Shown here piece after piece: positions 60,974 to 64,000 of a DNA stretch of 64,000 bases. The stretch is from a virus (lineage: Duplodnaviria > Caudoviricetes). Position numbers and translations under genes: made by a program. The stretch lies in the IMG/VR virus record IMGVR_UViG_3300028048_000042; one strand, written 5' to 3'. Numbering within the stretch: position 1 is the first letter of the stretch; every line of letters begins with the position of its first letter. Below the pieces are notes generated by a model. That model ran no database searches. It was not told the origin of the DNA and saw only the letters and a list, made by a program, of their open reading frames with translations.

Positions 60974-62044
60974 ATGTCGAATAACAAATTTGATGAACGC
61001 TTTACAAATGCCTTGGAAGAACTCTCAGAATCCTTATTGAAAGTGGCTCAGTTATGTGATGATGAAACACATGGCGAAGATTTTAATACAGAAATCCTTG
61101 CTATTAAACTAGGTCACTTGTGGGGTAAACCGCTTGATGAAATGGCAGGAGATATAAAGGACGTTGTAGAAGAAATGAGAAATAAACTTATTGAAACAAA
61201 AATGAAAAAGATTGAGTTGGCAAAAATGTTTATGCAACCATACATTACTTTGAAAAAAGTAACGTCTATAAAAAACACAATTAATGGAAACGAATGTTTT
61301 TCTGTCGTACTTACGCATCAACGTGCGTTTTCCAACATGTTCGGAATTACAGATGAAGATGTGCAAAAAGGTTGTTATAGATTCTTGGTTAAAAATCCTT
61401 TTGAGGTCTTTCAAGCTACTTATAATGGCGTGGATATGATATATACCTATAATACAGAAAAGAATGAATACGTGCCTGTATGCTCTTGTGATGAATTGAA
61501 AACGAATGACGAACTTGCCGAAAAACTCAAACATTATTTGACTTTGAATGAAACCTTTGGCGATACTACAAAAATTTTGGAAAACTCTTTTGAAAATCCA
61601 CACGATGTTGATTTGTTGATTAAACAGGGAGATAATGAAATCGTTTGTAGTGCTATTCCTTTTTGCTATCCTGTGGGAAGATTTTTAGTGCCTGTTCGTG
61701 CTGACAATGAAAATGGTTTTGTGCTGACGGATGTGCCTTTTGAATATTCATTTTATCGCACAAGTTATTCCGATAAGGCTAGTTATGTTGTAGTGCCAAA
61801 AAATACACCAATTTTCTTTGAAACTACTTTTTACAGTGATTGCAAGTGCCTTGAGTATTTTTCGAATCAACATTTAACAGTTAAATTCTTTGAGTCTAAT
61901 ATAGAACGTTCTTATAATAGTCTTGGTGAATTTGTGAAAGATAAGCAGGTTGTTGAGATTTGCAAAAACAATGCCTTAGATAAATTAACTCTGATTGACC
62001 CCAAAGCAAAAGACACAAAAGTTTTTATGGTTGGGGAGGTATAA
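60974..62044 (+). CDS. Hypothetical protein
   Basis: 356-aa ORF with promoter, RBS and terminator. Confidence 0.78.
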   Translation: MSNNKFDERFTNALEELSESLLKVAQLCDDETHGEDFNTEILAIKLGHLWGKPLDEMAGDIKDVVEEMRNKLIETKMKKIELAKMFMQPYITLKKVTSIKNTINGNECFSVVLTHQRAFSNMFGITDEDVQKGCYRFLVKNPFEVFQATYNGVDMIYTYNTEKNEYVPVCSCDELKTNDELAEKLKHYLTLNETFGDTTKILENSFENPHDVDLLIKQGDNEIVCSAIPFCYPVGRFLVPVRADNENGFVLTDVPFEYSFYRTSYSDKASYVVVPKNTPIFFETTFYSDCKCLEYFSNQHLTVKFFESNIERSYNSLGEFVKDKQVVEICKNNALDKLTLIDPKAKDTKVFMVGEV

Positions 62045-62267
62045 ATAAAATTAAGACAGGGAGTAAAATCCCTGTCTGTTTTTTTTGTTATTTAATAATT
62101 CAAATTCCTAAATTTTCTGATAATTTATGAATTTGATTGGACACCTTTTTTGAAAAATCTTTTCAAAAAAAATTATTGACATATATATAATCATCTGCTA
62201 TAATATAATCAAAGGTTGAGAGAAAAATAACTCAACGAAAAAGTTTCTACAACAGGAGGAAATCACC

Positions 62268-62561
62268 ATGAAAATGAACATCAACAATGCAGGAGACTTC
62301 GTGAAGGACGCTTTTCTGAATGGCTATCTGAAAGCCTTACAGGATTTGGCTGATTGGGAGATTAACCATCTCGACCAAGATGATTCCAATGCAGTAAAAG
62401 AGTGGGACAATAACTACGCTGTTAGGGTTGTTATGAGAGGTAAAATCCTCGGTATCAGTGAGGAAACGTCCAACGAGAATTATGCCAAAGTCCTTGAAGC
62501 CAAGGTCAATGCAATGGCTACTCCGTGGAAAGAATACAACGTTGATGTCGTGGTCGCTTAA
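62268..62561 (+). CDS. Hypothetical protein
   Basis: Promoter, AGGAGG RBS, terminator. Confidence 0.75.
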   Translation: MKMNINNAGDFVKDAFLNGYLKALQDLADWEINHLDQDDSNAVKEWDNNYAVRVVMRGKILGISEETSNENYAKVLEAKVNAMATPWKEYNVDVVVA

Positions 62562-62802
62562 CTGACAAGTCATATAATCTGAGGGGGAGAAATCCCCTTC
62601 TTTTGCGTTCGTTTTTTTTTGCAGCATATCTGTATAAATTCCTAAATAGTCTGAACATTTAGGAATTTAATTAAGCACCTTTAAAAAAAACCTTTTATTT
62701 TTTTAAAAAATGTATTGACATACATACAAAATTTTGGTACAATATATTTGTAAGGTTGAGAGATACCTAAGAAATAAAATTACCCAATAGGAGGAATTTA
62801 AC

Positions 62803-63147
62803 ATGTTAGAATTTGTAAAGGTAGAAGAAAAGGAAAGTCGTTTTTTTGAAGGTGCAATTACAGAGGTTTTTGAAAGCCATAATAAGCTGAATGGTAGAAC
62901 GTACCTGTTTGAAATAACCACTGATGATAATATCGCTAGTGTATCGGTGTTGCGTTTGCGCAAAGGGAGTAAGTTCCTGTATGACCAAACTTATATCCTC
63001 GACAAAATATCCTTCAATTATGATGATAACGCCGATAAAAAGCGTATGAGAGAAATATTGCTTCGGAATTGCATCAAAAAATACGCTACATATAAGAGCG
63101 ACCTGTATCAGTTCTTCTCTTTGACATTGGCTAATATCGCTTATTAA
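62803..63147 (+). CDS. Hypothetical protein
   Basis: Promoter, RBS, terminator; last gene of the array. Confidence 0.75.
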   Translation: MLEFVKVEEKESRFFEGAITEVFESHNKLNGRTYLFEITTDDNIASVSVLRLRKGSKFLYDQTYILDKISFNYDDNADKKRMREILLRNCIKKYATYKSDLYQFFSLTLANIAY

Positions 63148-63187
63148 AAAATGGCAGGGATAATCCCTGCTTTTTTATTTCACGTTA

Positions 63188-63245
63188 AATTGTCAGAACA
63201 TTTAGGAATTTATTTGCTCTGAATTGTCTGAATATTTAGGAATAT
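63188..63245. promoter_or_regulatory. Two 24-bp (two-box) copies of the CodY-like element at the end of the early region
   Basis: AATTGTCAGAACATTTAGGAATTT 63188-63211 and AATTGTCTGAATATTTAGGAATAT 63222-63245. Confidence 0.7.
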
Positions 63246-63444
63246 ATATTCTAAAACCGTGCATTTTTTTAAAGCCGTTTTTAGGGGTATTTTTACCCCC
63301 TATATGGCGAACCCATCGCTCAAAAATCACATGAAAATTTTTAGGCTTTTTTGCAGAATCTCTTACGGAGCGTAGGCAATAAGTGCCAATAAGTGTGGAG
63401 GGAGCATATACATTGAGTGCAGAGAAAAGGAAAAACACTTTTTC

Positions 63445-63910
63445 GAAATCAAAAAATCTCATTTAAAAAATTTTTCAAAAAAATTTTAGACCTTTTTTTG
63501 TAAAGGGAATATATGGGGCAGAGGGGACAAAGGGAATAAAAGTGTTGGGGGACTAAGGGGGGAATTTGGGGAAATATTTTTGGAGAGATTGTGTATTGAG
63601 TAGAATTTGAGCAATAGCGATTAAAACGGCAATGCACTGTTGATTTAATCGAAACAAATAACATTGTGGACGGATAGACGAGCGTAGGAACAAAAAAAAC
63701 GAAAAACTGAAATCGAAAAATCTCATTTAAAAAAATTTTCAAAAAAATTTTTAGACCTTTTTTTGGAATGATGAAATAGCACAAGAATAGGAATGGTGCA
63801 AAATGGAACGAAGATTTGAAGTGAGGTTGGCAGAAGGGGAAACGCAGTTTCCGAAATGCAAAAATCTCATTTAAAAAATTTTTCAAAAAAATTTTTAAGC
63901 CTTTTTTTTG
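63445..63910 (+). repeat. Three ~56-bp direct repeats
   Basis: GAAAT..AAAAATCTCATTTAAAAAA(A/T)TTTTCAAAAAAATTTT..CCTTTTTTTG at 63445-63500, 63709-63765, 63853-63910. Confidence 0.92.
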
Positions 63911-64000
63911 AAAAATCGAGCCTACGGCGATAGAGGTTAGAATATGGCTTGGTAATGAATAGCACTTTACAAGAATGGTGCAATGTGCTATAATGTAAAT

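Larger units (their letters stand above)
2361..63245. repeat. Dispersed 33-bp palindromic element (~50 copies) with CodY-box core, consensus AAATTCCTAAATTTTC-W-GAAAATTTAGGAATTT
   Basis: Full or near-full copies start at 2361, 8451, 10826, 11938, 14339, 16256, 19632, 20599, 22779, 24621, 26039, 29166, 30475, 31540, 33866, 34510, 35519, 36893, 38479, 39233, 40955, 42543, 43647, 45163, 45784, 47465, 48389, 50351, 51788, 53409, 54967, 55912, 57674, 58695, 60255, 60828, 62102, 62636. Partial/degenerate copies at 6186, 6219, 6234, 6267, 11226, 11990, 13080, 17184, 19193, 28015, 49414, 63188, 63222. All intergenic or overlapping only a stop codon. Confidence 0.97.

Noticed and set aside
8451-62668. 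Repeats as Xer/dif or integron attC sites
   Set aside because: No 11-6-11 dif layout or XerD arm, no RYYYAAC/GTTRRRY ends, and no integrase in the window. A lox-like role is not excluded, but the variable centre keeps a symmetric CodY-like consensus rather than a constant crossover sequence.
2361-63245. 33-bp palindromic repeats as a CRISPR array
   Set aside because: Intervals are 0.5-4 kb and contain whole genes, repeat centres vary, and no cas genes are visible.
6573-63886. Numerous minus-strand and alternate-frame ORFs in the track (e.g. 11359-11880, 46409-47116, 61109-61603, 63449-63886)
   Set aside because: They shadow + strand genes or repeats, lack RBS/promoters and have F/I/L-rich antisense-type composition.
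1-64000. Stop-codon reassignment as seen in some large gut phages
   Set aside because: ORFs run intact from RBS to terminator under code 11, and TAA, TGA and occasional TAG stops sit directly before terminators or the next gene.

Overview
AT-rich (roughly 30% GC by eye) segment of a large lytic-type phage of a Bacillota host, inferred from sigmaA-type TTGACA-17-TATAAT promoters and strong AGGAGG Shine-Dalgarno sites. Positions 1-6 kb hold mixed genes: coiled-coil proteins, a zinc deaminase, and HicA-like and RelE-like small proteins. Positions ~6.1-63.2 kb are a one-strand early/host-takeover region of about 100 mostly small hypothetical genes built as repeated units: promoter - RBS - 1 to 4 ORFs - intrinsic terminator - 33-bp palindrome. 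Recognisable products are a T4 Rnl1-type RNA ligase, a DNA cytosine-5 methyltransferase, an SprT-like protease, and LPD29-, DUF6927- and GP88-like proteins. Main discovery: about 50 dispersed copies of AAATTCCTAAATTTTC-W-GAAAATTTAGGAATTT. Its core is the host CodY box (AATTTTCWGAAAATT) and its length fits three CodY boxes overlapping by 6 bp, suggesting a phage-encoded array that senses or sequesters the host nutrient regulator; a hairpin/recombination-site role is the main alternative. Second highlight: a ~770-nt ORF-free, promoter-driven, heavily base-paired putative large ncRNA (28.1-28.9 kb) followed by an Arg-rich peptide gene. The region is bracketed by C-tracts (6.1 kb) and G-tracts plus three ~56-bp direct repeats (63.4-63.9 kb). 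No tRNA, CRISPR array, recombinase or transposase was recognised. All counts and coordinates were read by eye; several CDS starts were moved from the ORF track to the RBS-supported codon.
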